This document shows, one piece after another, positions 14,766 through 29,470 of a stretch of DNA of 64,000 nucleotides. Origin of the DNA: the human T2T-CHM13v2.0 reference genome, Homo sapiens; NCBI RefSeq assembly GCF_009914755.1, contig NC_060947.1. One strand, 5' to 3'. The notes beneath the pieces were generated by a model. That model ran no database searches and was not told the origin of the DNA. It saw only the letters and a list, made by a program, of their open reading frames with translations. Position numbers and translations under genes: made by a program. Position 1 is the first letter of the stretch. Every line of letters starts with the position of its first letter.

Positions 14766-16590
14766 GTAATCCATAAAACTATGAAGTTTTACTAAATTAG
14801 AGAGATGATAACTGTCTGAGGTAGTGTGAGAGTGAGTGCAGGACAATCTCTAACCACACTGGGTGAAGCTTGGATAACTGACCTTTGTACTGCAGTGGCT
14901 TTCAAAGGCCTTCCTGAATAAAAAGCAAAAAGATGCACTGAAGTCATCACTACAGGGGGTTTCACGTGTTGATTTCCCATGCAGGTGCATAAATTTCTGT
15001 CTTCTCTGATAGTACAGACTATTAAAATTAAATAGGTAAATCTAGGTCTTGTCCTTACCACCACGCTAGTTTTCAAGATGTTAGCATTCTCTTTATAAAA
15101 TGTGCCCACAAAGACCTTGGGGTGGGGTAATTGCTCAAAGACGTTTAACCTTCTACAGTCAATTCAGCAGCTAATTGTGGCATTACTGCTAATTGAAGTT
15201 GCCATTTGGTGTGACAGACAAAAAAAGCCTATATTTTCCCAACATTTCTTTGGTTTCTGAACTAGAAAATTGTATTTTGATTCAGCACTGCAGCTAGAAT
15301 TTGCAGTGCGTGTGACTCAGCCATTTGTTGCATGGTCTTTTCAATGCATAGTTCAGAGGTCAGTGAGAGATTTAGCCAGGGTTTACATGCAGAATTTGGA
15401 ATTCCCATTGTTATATATCTTCTTTCCAATATTTTTCCCTTACTTTCCAGCTGCTGTGGTCATTTAACCTCTCTTCTCCCTCTTCATGTTTTCCATCCCA
15501 GTTTTAGCCACCTTACATGGACTGACTGAAGCTTGTAATGAGCAAAAAACTTTAAAAGGAGAAACTCACCCCATTCCATTTCCTACTTCCAAGTGTAGAC
15601 TCTCCTTTACTCTCTGATTGTAGTTACTCTCCAGTGACTCCAAGTAGTTTCTTCTATTTCATCTGGCATTTGAAGTTGTTTTCTGTGGAAAAGTTGGTCC
15701 CAGAGGAGCTACTCCCCCATCGCCAGATTGGGAACCTACCCCCACATTTATTTCTAGTGAGAGTGATCCATGATGTGTCACATAATATACACAATAGATG
15801 TATATTATGAGGATAACTTGTACTTCATTAAGCAGAGAGTGAATAGCGGTTTCCTGCTATGGTAAAGAAATTTGTTGCAAATTAAATTTCTACCATCCCA
15901 CAAATAGAAGGTCTGCCTACATTCCAAATGTGTATGGCAAGAAAAATTGGTGCATTGTTTTAATTCCAAGTATATTCATGTGAAGAATGAAGCCCTCCCC
16001 AAAAAACAGATTTATTGAAACCAAAATACTTCTATTAATATTTTGTACACAATTGTTTTAAATGAACATCACTTTTGTCAGACCCACTTACTGTCTAGAA
16101 AGACAGCCCCACGCAGCAGATAATGGTTTAAAATGAGAAAGAGGCAGGGGGAGAGAGAGAGAGAAAGAGAGAGACATTCCCAAGGAATTATTTTAAAAAT
16201 TCAAAGCTCATTTCCCCATAATTAGTCCATAAATGCACCATCATTCAGGGAAAATTTGCATGAACTTTTCTCCTTTTCTCACCTGTAATTCTGCCTATTG
16301 TGATATTTTTGCCTGTTTCATGTTTTTCCTTGAGGCCTATTACAACTTTGTACTTGAATTCCTCTATAGAAACATTTTAGAAGAGAGAAAGGAAGAGACA
16401 GTGAAGCATATCTTGTGATTGGCTGGGGTATATGTGTCTCTATATTACAGATCTGGAAAAAGTCTTTCTTGGGCAAATCAACAGTGGAGACAGAACATGT
16501 GCATGCCTTTCTTGTTGTTAATACTGCCTGAATAATGGGAAGTGATGACAAAGTTCTTCTGTTTGTCTATAAATCACAATTTTAGGTATA

Positions 16591-18954
16591 CAAGTACACC
16601 TTGTTATATTGCACTTAAATTTACTGTGCATTGCAGATACTGCATTTTTACAAATTGAAGATTCGTGGCAACCCTGAGTCAAGCAAGTCTATCAGCACTA
16701 TTTTTCCGAAAGCATGTGCTCACTTCCTGTCTCTGTGTCACATTTTGGTAACTCTTGTAATATTTCAAACTTTTCATTATTATTTTATGTTATGGTGATC
16801 TGTGATCAATGCTCTTTTACGGTACTATTGGAATTGTTTTGGGGCACCATGAACTATGCCTACATAAGATGACAAACTTAATAAATGTTGTGTGTTCTGA
16901 CTACTTCACCAACTGGTCATTTCCCCGTCTCTCTCCCCGGGACTCATTATTATTTAAGACACAATAATATTAAAATTAGGCCAATTAGTCATCCTACAAT
17001 GGCTTCTTAGTGTTCAAGTGAAATGAAGAGTTGCATGTCTTTCACTTTAAAATGCTAGAAATGCTTTAAGCTTAGTGAGGAAGTCATGTCAAAAGCTGAG
17101 ATGCAATGGAAGCTAGGCCTCTTATGCCAAACAGTTAGCCAAGTTGTGATTGCAAAGGAAACATTCGTGAAGGAAATTTAAAACGCTCCTCTAGTGAACA
17201 CACAAATAATAAGAAAGCGAAAGAGTCTTATTGCTGGCATGGAGAAAGTTTGAGTGGTCTGGATAGACAATCAAACCATTCACAACATTCCCTTAAACCA
17301 AAGCCTAATCCAGAGCTTCTATGGATTCAATCCTATGAAGGCTGAAAGAGGTGACAAAGCTGAAGATGAGTTTGAAGCTAGCACAGGTTGGCTTATGAGG
17401 TTTAAGGAAAGAAGCCATCTCCATAACATAATAGTGCAAGGTGAAATAGCAAGTTCTGATGAAGAAGCTGCAGTAAGTTAACTAGAAGATCTAGCTAAGA
17501 TAATTAATGAAGGTGGCTACACTAAACAACAGATTTGCAATGTAGATGAAACTGCTTTCTATTGGAAGAAGATGCCACCTAGGACTTTCATAGCTAGAGA
17601 GGAAAAGTCAATGTCTGGCTTCAAAACTTCAAAGGACAGGCTGACTTTCTTGTTAGGGGCATTAGCAGCTGGTGACTTCAGGTTGAAGCCAATGCTCATT
17701 CTAAAAATCTGATGGTCCTTAAGAATTATGCTAATTCTACTCTGCCTGTGCTCTGTATATGGAACACTGAAACGTGTATAACAGCACATCTGTTTACAGC
17801 ATAGTTTACAGCATATTTTAAGCCCATGTTTGAGACCTACTACTCAGAACAAAAGATTCCTTTGAAAATATTACTGTTGATTGGCAATGCACCTGATAAC
17901 TCAAGAGCTCTGATGGAGATGTACAAGGAGATTAATGTTGTTTTCATGCCTGCCAACACAACATTCATTCTTCAGCCTAAGAATCAAAAAGTAATTGCAA
18001 CTTTCAAGTTTTATCGTTTAAGAAATACATTTCATAATGCTATAGCTGCCATACATAGTGATTTGTCTGATGGATTTGGGCAAAGTAAATTAAAAATCAT
18101 CTGGAATGTATTCACCACTCTACATGTCATTAGGAACAATTATGATTCATAGGAGCAGGTCAGAATAGTAAAACTACAGGAATTTGGAAGAAGTTGATCC
18201 CGGCTCTCATGGATGAATTTGAGAGATTCAAGACTTTGAGGTAGATGTTGTAGAACTAGTAAGAGAACTAGGAATAGAAGTAGAGTCTGAAGATGCCACT
18301 GAATTTTTGAACTCTCATTATAAAACTTGAACTGATGAAAAGTTACTTCTTATGGATGAGCAGAGAAGATGATTTCTTGAGATGGAATCTATTGCTGGTG
18401 AAGATGTTATACATTGTTGAAATGACAACAAAGAGCTTAGAGTATCCCATCAACTTAGTAGATAAAGCAGCAGCAGGATTTGAGAAGACTGACTCCAGTA
18501 TTGAAAGTTCTACTGTGGGTAAAATGCTATGAAACAGTGTTTCATGCTACAGAAAAATCTTCTTGAAAAGAAGAGTCAATCGATGCTGCAAACTTTATTG
18601 TTGTCTTGCTTTGAGGAATTGCCACAGCTACCTCAGCCTGCATCAATCACCACCATGATCAGTCAGCAGCCACCAACCTCAAGGCAAGACCCACCACCAG
18701 CAAAAGGATGAGGACTCGCTGAAGGCTCAGATGATTGTTTGCATTTTTTAGCAATAGAATATTTTTAAATTAAGGTATGTACATTATTTCCTTAGACACA
18801 ATGATATTGCAAACTTAATAGGCTACAGTATAGGGTAAAGATAACTTTTATATGCACTGGAAAATCAAAAAATTTGTGCGACTCACTTTATTATGATATT
18901 AACTTTATTGTGGTGGTCAGGAACCAAACCCACAATGTTCCCGAGGTGTGACTG
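16591..18954 (+). mobile_element. Tigger1 DNA transposon, near full length, transposase disrupted
   Basis: Degenerate TIRs CAAGTACACCTT / CGAGGTGTGACTG with TA at 16589-16590. Transposase ATG at 16999 has a stop at codon 4. ORF pieces [14 protein letters not shown] (17254-17481) and [17 protein letters not shown] (17826-18152). Confidence 0.95.
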
Positions 18955-21900
18955 TTATTCATGAGGAAAAATCAGCAGTTCTTCCTGAAGGAATATTAGG
19001 AAATACGTAGTTTCATTTGCTTTCTGTAACTTTGACTACCATATTCTCTCCTACATGACGATTTTCTGCTTTTGCAGCAGGAGTTTGTTAATTACTAAGA
19101 AGCATTGACTGCAGTCCAACCCTCTTTCAACCTGACTGATACTTAGGAAAACAGAACAAACAGCATTGTAATCTTTTTGGAAGGGTAAATGATTATTCAA
19201 GGGAAATATATATATCAAAGCTAGGCTGGATTGGCTCTGATGTATGATGAGTAGTTTTTATGTAAGTCAAAGTAGATTCTGAAAGGATTGACCTTTCCTG
19301 TTAAAAAAAAATTTTTTTTGCATTGTTTGGCAGACAGAGCCCTTTGCTTACTCCAAATAAAGTAAGCTGCTTCTTCCAATTCATTGATGCTTATTTGTGT
19401 GTTTCATCTTTTGAAAGACAGACTGTTTCAGAATAACAGCTATATAACTTTGTCAGAGCTGATTAAAGGCAGTTTATCTAGCAGAGGGCTTTGCACATAT
19501 GTTTGTCAATAAATGGTAGTAATTATGGTAGTAGAGACTTGTCTACATCTTTCAATGAAGAGGCAGAAACTAAACTACCAACACAGCAATGCATCAGTGA
19601 CCCAACGTAGACAATTTGAGGCACTAAAAATCATGACAAATTGTTTTTGCAAAAAATATGTTCTTTCCCCACTACCGTATTTCGGGCAAATAATTTTCAG
19701 TTCCTCATACTTGAACTTTTCTACCTATATGAGAAATGTCCACATTCTTGATACATTTTAGATATAAAAATAACTATCTTGAAAAATATTAAGTGAAAAA
19801 GATAACTTATACACTATCATTTAGGTGATAATTTCTATCAAGCTAATGAATTAAAAGAACGTTTTGCCTACAAAAAGGCAAAAACCTTATGTTCATTTTC
19901 AAACAAATCACAAGAAATTATAAAGGTATAAAATTATTCTATAGAATGTCATTGTCAACAAGGATAATATGTTAAATAGAGTCAGAACTACTGGTGTTTT
20001 GCACTTTCGCCTTATAGAGACACTTGGCAGAAACAGAATAATGAGGGTCACTTGACTTTCTCTACTTCATTAAAATGATGAAGCCAGATTTAGTCTTGAT
20101 AATTTAAAAGTGCGAAATGATGCATATAACTGACAAAAAAAAGCAATACAGAAAGGAATAACTTTTCTCAATATAATGTTTTAAAATCTCCTTAGAGTTA
20201 TAGAATGATGACTTACTAATAAAAGGATTGGCTATTTGCAATCAATTCCATACTTATTTGTGTTAATTAATACTTCTTTCTCACTATGGGAAATTGATTC
20301 CCCACAAGCCATAAATACAATGCATCCTCCATAAATAGAATATTTTTAACAGATGTATGTCTAGCTGAAAAAATCTAAAGGCAGAAGAACAAAAATAAGT
20401 TGTTTTTAAAAAATTTACATTTTATGCTGCTTTAAATTTGTAAAACATTTAAATATATTAGTTTGTGTGATTTTTCATAATTATCCCCTGCAATAAAAGG
20501 AGCAGATGTATTCTTTCAGTTAAAAAACTGAATCTTAAAAAACCTAAATGATTTACTCAAGATCTAAGTGTACATGGGAGAGATGGAGTTGAAAGTAAGT
20601 TTTCGATGCTCTTTTATTAAAGTACTTAACCATTTTTAAAAAATGATGTATATGCCTACCTCTTGCATGAGACAGAAACCTCCTGGAGAGCAGGGATCTC
20701 CTATGTGAATCTCCACTGCTTAGCCCATCTCTTACTTCACAGAAGGTATTCACCTTATGCTTCCTGAGTTAGAATGGGATGAACTAAATTGATGACCTGA
20801 AGCTTATGAGAAAATTGTACACTCATCATAATATTTATTAACTGAAATTTACGTTAGTTAGGAAAGTGTTCATTACAAATATTTACATGGCCCTTGGTTG
20901 CACCAATACATCCTTATACACACAAAATATGCAGATCCAAGCCTCCACGGAGTCATAGTAGTCTCGTTTTGCATATCATTGGCAATGGATTTTTCTGGCT
21001 TTCTTTCTCCTTATTATTAGTTATTCCCTCTTTGGTAGGCTGCATGTCCAATTTGTAACCCTATCCAAAAAAAATTCCTTTATTTACATACTATATCTCG
21101 GCTTCCTTTTAGTGGGAAACTCAATCTATTATTTTTAAGCACATGAGATAGCTTTTTGTATCTAAGTGAGACTCATTGCTCTTCATTGTAAAATGGCCCC
21201 CAAAAGCCACTTTAACTCTGATCACTAGCTATAACCTACCCTTGGGATGGCTGAGATGAAAACCTTTTATGTAAGCCCACTATTTACATCAGTTTCTCTA
21301 ATGTGCTGGCCTCAGGAGAGTGAAACACAAGCAGGTCCATTTCCAAGGGAAAAATGCTGCTTCTTAAAGATCAAATCGCAGTTCTGGATCCTCAAATAGA
21401 TGAGTCACAGCACAATGTAAGATATTGAAAAATACCAAAAAATGCTATGGAAAGTTTCCTGCCCTCAAGGACATAAAGATCTATTTAAGGAATCAAGATT
21501 CTCAACATAATTAGCAAGCAATGCAGAAGTGCACTAAATTATGTTGCATGGAATTCAAGTGCTATAGGGAATAAGAGCAAGGAAAATTGCTGCAGACTAG
21601 GGAAATCACAGAAGAAAAGGGTTTTGCAGGGCACCAGCTCTTGCCCATGACCCTCTTTCCAGCTCTAAGTTGGGCATATGCCAGACTACTCAGGATGCTT
21701 GTTCTAACGATTCATCAAGAAATGCTCCTTTCTTCTTGCCCTCCTTTTGATCAATGCAATCTCATTTGAGTCTGTTTGGCTCCCTATTTCACAACACTGC
21801 ATTTTTAGTACTCTGAGCTTGTATTGTTCATATCCTTTATACACACACACACACACGCACACTATGTATATATGTTTGTATATTCCATTTTCAAAGTGTT

Positions 21901-22011
21901 TAGGGCAGGTACACATTGTTTTCCCATTACATCATCCATTGCATTAGTATAGTGTCCCGCACAAATTACTCACTCAATAGAAGTTGTTGATTGATAGAAT
22001 AAGATGATTAG

Positions 22012-22331
<320 letters not shown>

Positions 22332-23020
22332 TAAATATTTTGATAAAAATCTGTTTAGCTGTTAATTGAATGGATTCACTGGTCACTTTTCATTGCTTTA
22401 TTATCAATTTGATTAGTCAACCAATAAGTTAGTTTTACATAAGCAGATAACAAAGAAACAGTTAATTAGGTTACTGTAAGTATACATGACTTGAAAGTTG
22501 ACTGTTGCAATTGGGATATATTACCTCAGAAATACATGTAGATATACATAAATACGTTGCCATAAATACAGAGCTTGAAGCATGTTACAAGAGCTATACC
22601 TTTGTACAACAATTCCTTATTTTTAGTGTAAATGAGGTTATATAAAGTATTTGTTCTAAAAATTAAACACTACCCAACCGTTTTTCTGTGTCACTTTTAT
22701 TAATTGTCATATTGATTCATTACTTGCTACATTTAAAAACAAAAGACAAAAACTGGAGTAGGCTTTAGAAAATGCCTTGTAGGGAGTAATATATTACAAT
22801 CAAAAAATGCTTAATGCCTGTTATATTTCTTCTATTGTTAGAGTATAAAATATGTAGAGCAGTGGATTTTCTAATTGGACTTAAATTGAAACTCTGTCAC
22901 TTACCAGTTGTGAGAGCTTGGGTCAGTTGCTTAATTTCTTTAAGCCTCAGTTTCCTCATAAGTAAACACTGGGTTAATAATGTATATTCCATGACCTAGG
23001 ATTTCCACTCTTAGGCATAT

Positions 23021-24082
23021 AACCAAAAGCAAATGCAATAAAAACAAAGATAAATAGCTGGGACTTAATTAAACGAAAGAGCTTTTGCACAGCAAAAGGA
23101 ACAGTCAGCAGAGTAAACAGACAACCCACAGAGTGGGAGAAAATCTTCACGATCTATACATCTGACAAAAGACTAATATCCAGAATCTACAACGAACTCA
23201 AACAAATCAGTAAGAAAAAAAAAAATCCCATCAAAAGTGGGCTTAAGGGCATGAATAGACAATTCTTAAAAAAAGATATACAAATGGCCAACAAACATAT
23301 GAAAAAAAATGCTCAACATCACTAATGATCAGGGAAATGCAAATCAAAACTACAATGCGATACCACCTTACTTCTGCAAGAATGGCCACAACCAAAAAAT
23401 CAAAAATCAATAGATGTTGGCGTGTTTGCAGTGAACAGGGATCACTTCTACACTGCTGGTGGGAATGTAAACTAGTACAGTCATATGGAAAACAGTGTGA
23501 AGATTCCTTAAAGAACTAAAACTAGAACTACCATTTGATTCAGCAATCCCACTGCTGGGTATCTACCCAGAAGAAAAGAAGTCATTATTCGAAAAAGATA
23601 CTTGCACACGCATGTTTATAGCGGCACAATTCATACCCGCACAATCGTGGAACCAACCCAAATGCCCATCAGTCAACAAGTGGATAAAGAAACTGTGGTA
23701 TATTTATATGATGGAATACTATGCAGCCATAAAAGGGAATGAATTAACAGCATTTGCAGTGACCTGGAGGAGAATGGAGACTATTATTCTAAGTGAAGTA
23801 ACTCAGGAATGGAAAACTGAACATCGTATGTTCTCACTGATACGTGGAAGCTAAGCTATGAGGACACAAAGGCATAAGAATGATACAATGGACTTTGGGG
23901 ACTTGGGGGGAAGAGGGGGAAGAGGGTGAGGGATAAAAGATTACAAATATGGTGCAATGTATACCGCTTGGGTGATGGGTGCACCAAAATCTCACAAATT
24001 GCCACTAAAGAACTTACTCATGTGACCAAATACCACCTGTATGCCAATAACTTATGGAAAAATAAAAAAATAATAATAAAAA
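23021..24082 (+). mobile_element. L1PB1-like 3' fragment (~1.06 kb)
   Basis: ORF2 C-terminus ([10 protein letters not shown]; ETIILSEVTQE) plus an L1PB1-type 3' UTR and A tail. Confidence 0.9.
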
Positions 24083-24383
24083 GAAATGTCTGCCTGTATT
24101 TTCACCAAAAGGAATGTACAGGAAACTTAATAGTAGCAATATACATAATAGTCCCAAACTGGAGAGTTCCTAAGTGCCCATTGATAGTAGAATGCATAAA
24201 TATAGTATGGCATATTCAAACAGAGAAAACTGTACGGAGCTAAGAAGAAACTATAACTACATTCAGCACTATGCGTGATTCTTACAGACCTGGGGTTGAG
24301 TGAAAGAAGACGGACACAGAAGAGTACATATTGTATGATTCTATTAATGTAAAATGTTAATGCTAGTAAAACTAATATGTACT

Positions 24384-24692
<309 letters not shown>

Positions 24693-26496
24693 AAAACTAA
24701 TATGTACTATTAGAAGTAAGGGTATTGGTTCCCTTGAAGGGGGAAAGTTTGTGATGGAAAGGAAGCAGAGGGACAGCTTCTGCGGTGCTGATCAAATTCT
24801 ATTTCTTGGTTTGGCTGCTAGTTTCCCAGGTGTGCTCAGTTTGAGAAAATTCAAAGAGATATAGAATTACGGCATACTAACTTACCTGTATTTTATTTTA
24901 TTGTCACAAAACATTTACAAATTAGGTTAATATTTATCTCCTAGAGTTAACATGAGGATTGAGTCGAATGGCATTCATGAAAGTGCTGAGCAGTCACTAC
25001 ACTAAATAAACAGTCCTTTGTAATATGTTTTATACCTATACCCCAAATATCTTGCAGATAAAGTCTTTGTATAATCTGTATCATATATATTTTTAATACA
25101 ATACATGACATAATGAGGCTTACACTAATACCTTTCAGAACATATTTGTTCTTTCTTCGTCTCCCATCCTGCAGACATTCACAAACAGAAAAAGGGTACC
25201 AGACTACTCAGAGTGCTTGTTCTAACAATTCTAATAAAGCTTCATCGTCAGATTGCTATCTATGAATTTTTCCTTGCCAAAAATGTGCACACACATAGCA
25301 ACTATGTAGTAGTACCCATCATACACTAATAACAAGTGAACAGCAGCAGAATGGAGCTTATAATAGAACAAAACCAAACTACAGTCAGAGCAAAACGCCC
25401 TCCTAGTTTTTCAACTAGCAAGAAAAATATTGCTTGAAATTGTGATCTGGCAGTCCATTGCAAAGAAAATAAGATGAAATGACTTCCTACATCATCAATT
25501 TACAGATCAGAGCCCAAAAGATGTAAACATTGTGCTGTGCAGTTCTTTTTGTCGCTTAAACTGAACAGAGTGTGCTGGAGACTGATATAATCCCTGAATT
25601 CTCTAACTGAGCATTAACTGCAAATTGCCCTAAAGATTGGATAATTTTTAAAGAAAAGAATCAAACATGACTACTTTTATTTGCCAGATTTCTATCTAGG
25701 TATACAGTAGTGAGTAATTTTATTCTGGGTTGCTCACTAACAGTAGTCAAACTGTTCCTCATTACATATCCATTACTCAATCTAATTAATACATTGAAGT
25801 TAAAGGATGGTGATTGAATGGTTGAGTGTTATAAAGAAAGCATTATACCCTAAAACTAAGCATCCCTAGTAATTATTATCATGCATATATGCTACATGCT
25901 TAGACCTCCATGTCTCTGTAAAAAAAATTCCTGGGGAAATAGTATTTCGTGGTTCCTGAAAATGCTTTGCATTTACTTTTTTGATCAATACAAATAACTA
26001 TATTAATGTTTCAAGATCAATGTTGAACCTGCTTCTTGAAATCTTTAATCAACTTTTCCCTAGTGAAAGCAAAAACAAAAAACATTAGAGGCCTATTATA
26101 ATCGATTTTTCTTAGAACTGCTAAAATGTTTGTGAAGCAGCAAGAGAAACGAAGGGAAAAAATCTAAAGCAATTAGATATGACATTTCAGAAGGTGGACC
26201 TGTTTATCTGGAGACAAAACACCAACTGCAAAATTCTTCTTAGCTAACTTTGTGACAACACTCCGCCAAAGCAATGATACAATCCCATTTAGAAAATGAA
26301 GGACAATCCTATTGAGTTAAGCTAAGAGATGAGAAAAAAATGCTGATGTTTGATGAAGTAAATGGAATTCTAATGTATTGCTACGGATTTCCATGATCCT
26401 CATAGACTAGCTTTTCTGAAGTATACTACATGATTCACCCCATCAACCATGGTTGGTTTTGTAAAGTAAAGAACGTTAGCAGTCAGAGAAAGTGCC

Positions 26497-27248
26497 TGAT
26501 ATAGTTTGGATGTTTGGCCCCTCCAAATCTCATGTTGGCATGTGATCCCCAATACCGGAGGTGGAGCGTGGTGGAAGATGTTTAGGTCATGAAGGGGAAT
26601 CCCTCATGAATGACTTGGTGCTCTCCCCATGGTAGTGAGTTGCCAAGAAATACGATTGTTAAAAGGAGTCTGGGACCTCCCCGCTGTTTCTTTTGCTTCG
26701 TCATTCTTGCTCCCTCTCTTACCATGTGACACTCCTGCCCACCTTTCACCTTCCATCCTAAGTAAAAGCTTCCTGGGACCTCACCAGAAGCCAAGCAGAT
26801 GGTGTTGCTAGGCAGAACTGTGAGCCAAATAAATCCTTTTTTCTTTTTTTTAATTTAACTTTTATTTTAGGTTCAGGGGTACATGTGCAGGTTTGTTATA
26901 TAGGTAAACCTGTGTCTTGGGGTTTTTTTTGCACAGATTATTTTGTGGCAATTCCTCAAAGACCTAAAATCAGAAATACCATTTGACCCAGCAATCTCAT
27001 TACTTGATATATACCCAAAGGAATATAAACCGTTCTATCGTAAAGACGCATGCATATGTTCACTGCAGCACTATTCACAATAGCAAAGTCATGGAATCAA
27101 CCTGAAAACCCATAAATAGTAGACTGCATAAAGAAAATGTGGTACATATACACCTTGGAATACAATGCAGCCATAAAAAAATCTCTTTCCTTTGTAAATT
27201 ACCTAGCCTTAGGTATTCCTTTATAGCAATGCAAGACAGACTAACACA
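26497..27248 (+). mobile_element. MSTB-type MaLR solo LTR interrupted by an L1
   Basis: TGATATAGTTTGG start and GACTAACACA end; TSD GTGCC/GTACC. Confidence 0.85.
26845..27180 (-). mobile_element. 5'-inverted L1PA fragment
   Basis: Minus-strand 3' end (26845-26943) joined to a plus-strand ORF2-end segment (26944-27180). Confidence 0.8.
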
Positions 27249-27698
27249 GTACCCTGAAGCAGGCATGCTTCCCTTTGAAAGACTAATGTTTTGAAGGGAG
27301 TGACGATGTGATTGGTCTCCTTATTCAAGGTTGTTCACTCATGAACACTAGGCTTATACAGCAAGATCTCTGTTTTCCTACAAGCAGAAGTGTTACAGAT
27401 AATATAACTGAAATCATGTGCTTTCAAGAAGTTTGACACCTCAGAAATTATTATTCCTTTTTGAAAGTCTACAGGATGACAGAAAATGTGAGTGGAAAGA
27501 TTATAGACACTGTTTGCCCTTCCTTGCCCATCTCCTTTCACCACTCAAGAGGGGCACAAGCACTTCACTAGGTGCAATATTGGGACCATTAATTTCTTCA
27601 GACCACATCCAATTCCTTAATTCTTTCAGTAAGATTGAGATATTGGAGCAGTGTTTCTTAATTACAGGTATGTGAGTAGGTGTCATTGGGAATGTGAC

Positions 27699-27700
<2 letters not shown>

Positions 27701-27729
<29 letters not shown>
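27701..27729 (+). repeat. (TG)14 microsatellite
   Basis: Pure TG run. Confidence 0.95.
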
Positions 27730-27732
<3 letters not shown>

Positions 27733-28237
27733 GCTTTTCCTAACTTTGTATCATGAGTGTCTCCGGTTTTATCAGATTCTCAAGAGGATCCACCAGCCCC
27801 AAAAGTTTTAAAAGCATTGTTTTGCCAGTTTGAAAAACATTACCTAATTTATGCTTCTTGGATTCAAACATATTGCACTCCCTCTAAATCTTGATTCCTC
27901 TTTTCTTTCTCCCCAATTCATCTTCTTTTAAAAAAAATTGTTTATAACATTCACTGCTGGATTCTCTTTCTCTATATCTCTTTCTCCAAGTAATATGAAT
28001 TCATCACTTGATATCTTCATATCTGTTCAGTTGCTTTGGAAATCCAAATACGAAATCTGAAATAAACCAACAATGCAGACAGGAAGAGAAGACCTTCAAA
28101 AGGCTATCGAAGTGGCTAACTACGTCTTATATTATTCATATATTTGACTACAAGAGACCAAAGAAACAAAAATGACTCATGTTAAACTGCAGAATTTCAT
28201 GGAAACATAAATACCACATTTATCTTAAATATAATCT

Positions 28238-28497
28238 TTAATCGATGAAGTTAGGTATAGAAATATATGGCTCCATTGCAATAGTTAAAAAAATTATTGG
28301 TTTAGAAGAAAGTACGATTTTCATAAATTTGTTATTTGAAGGAAAATTAACAAAAAATGTTTCTGGTGGTTCTTCTATTTTCAAGTTATTCTTAGAGTTG
28401 TCTTTCCATTTGAGTAAATTTTTTGTTTTCCGGAATTTCCTTAATGCAGAACCCAAAGTCATTAGTAGAAATCTGCCAGTGGTCAAGTCCATGGTAC
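28238..28497 (-). pseudogene. Cytoplasmic-tail exon remnant (GTMDLTTGRFLLMTLGSALRKFRKTKNLLKWKD)
   Basis: Acceptor CTTTTCTAG; the frame stays open to TAA at 28238; motif spacing matches the recalled CDHR3 DPVTG-x11-RK...KWKE. Confidence 0.6.
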
Positions 28498-28540
28498 CTA
28501 GAAAAGCCCAGCTTAAATGAAGAAAACGAAAGAAGCAATG

Positions 28541-28610
28541 GACCTTGCATATGTTCTTGTTTCTTTTTGGGATAAGATCTTGCATATGTTTTTGTTTCTT
28601 ATTGGGATCC
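28541..28610 (+). repeat. 35-bp tandem duplication
   Basis: GACCTTGCATATGTTCTTGTTTCTTTTTGGGATAA / GATCTTGCATATGTTTTTGTTTCTTATTGGGATCC. Confidence 0.9.
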
Positions 28611-28613
28611 TAC

Positions 28614-28724
28614 CATTACAAGACGATGATACCCTATTCCCAAATGGATGGTTCATACTCCAATTTGGCATAGAGTATCATTCTTGAACAATGAGAAAAG
28701 TGGCATAGTTTAGTGGCCAATCTT
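28614..28724 (-). pseudogene. Exon remnant (111 nt) upstream of the tail motif
   Basis: Poly-T+AG acceptor and AATG|GTAGGA donor; the phase-1 join gives SSSCNG|TMDLTTG; one in-frame TGA. Confidence 0.5.
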
Positions 28725-28995
28725 CTAAAAAAAAAAAAGTCCACTTAGTTATTTCAGTCATCTATACCTACATTTTAGAATGATCCAAAGAAACACTTTA
28801 CGAATTAAAATTCCTTTGCATGATTCTCTCCATTTACTTTGGGTAAATGAAGAGATTTGCCACGAACTAATGCATGAAAACCACATATCTATTACTTATT
28901 TATCAACATGCTAAGATATGGACATACAACATGAATTAAACTTAGTCCCTGCCTATAAGGAGCTCACACAGTCTAGTGGAAGAGACAGACATTCT

Positions 28996-29470
28996 GTGAA
29001 TATAGAGGAATAAACAAACTCAGTTTTTCCTATTATACTGTCACAACACATCTGGTTCATCTGTGGGGGTTTTCCCCCACACATCAAGCCAGCAATTAAT
29101 TCTGCAGTGGACACCAGCCGGGTGTACTCTAATTCAATTCAATTCTGACCCTATTTACACTTGAGATAGCATCAGATTCCACAGGTTAAGGGCTCAGTCC
29201 CACAAGATGACCCCCTCCCCCAACTTCTGATGCCAATTGCAAGCCCCAGGTTATTTTACCTGTGCTTCTAACTTACCAGCTATAAACTGGAGCAGCTCAC
29301 AGAACTCGGAGAAATACTTGCTTTAATTATTGTAAAAAATAGTACAAAAAAAGTACATATGAAGAGATACATCGGGTAAGGCACATGGGAAGGGGTGCGG
29401 GGCTTCCATGCCCTCTCCAGGTGCACCACCCTCCACAAATCTCCACACGTTCAGCTATCTGGAAGCTCAA
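28996..29470 (-). mobile_element. MER21-type LTR, partial
   Basis: CAATTCAATTCTGAC, CACAGGTTAAGGGCTCAGTCCCACAAGA, GCTTCCATGCCCTCTCC motifs. Confidence 0.75.

Noticed and set aside
26080-26460. Coding-like purine-rich stretch
   Set aside because: Multiple stops in the frames examined and no identifiable family or splice boundaries.
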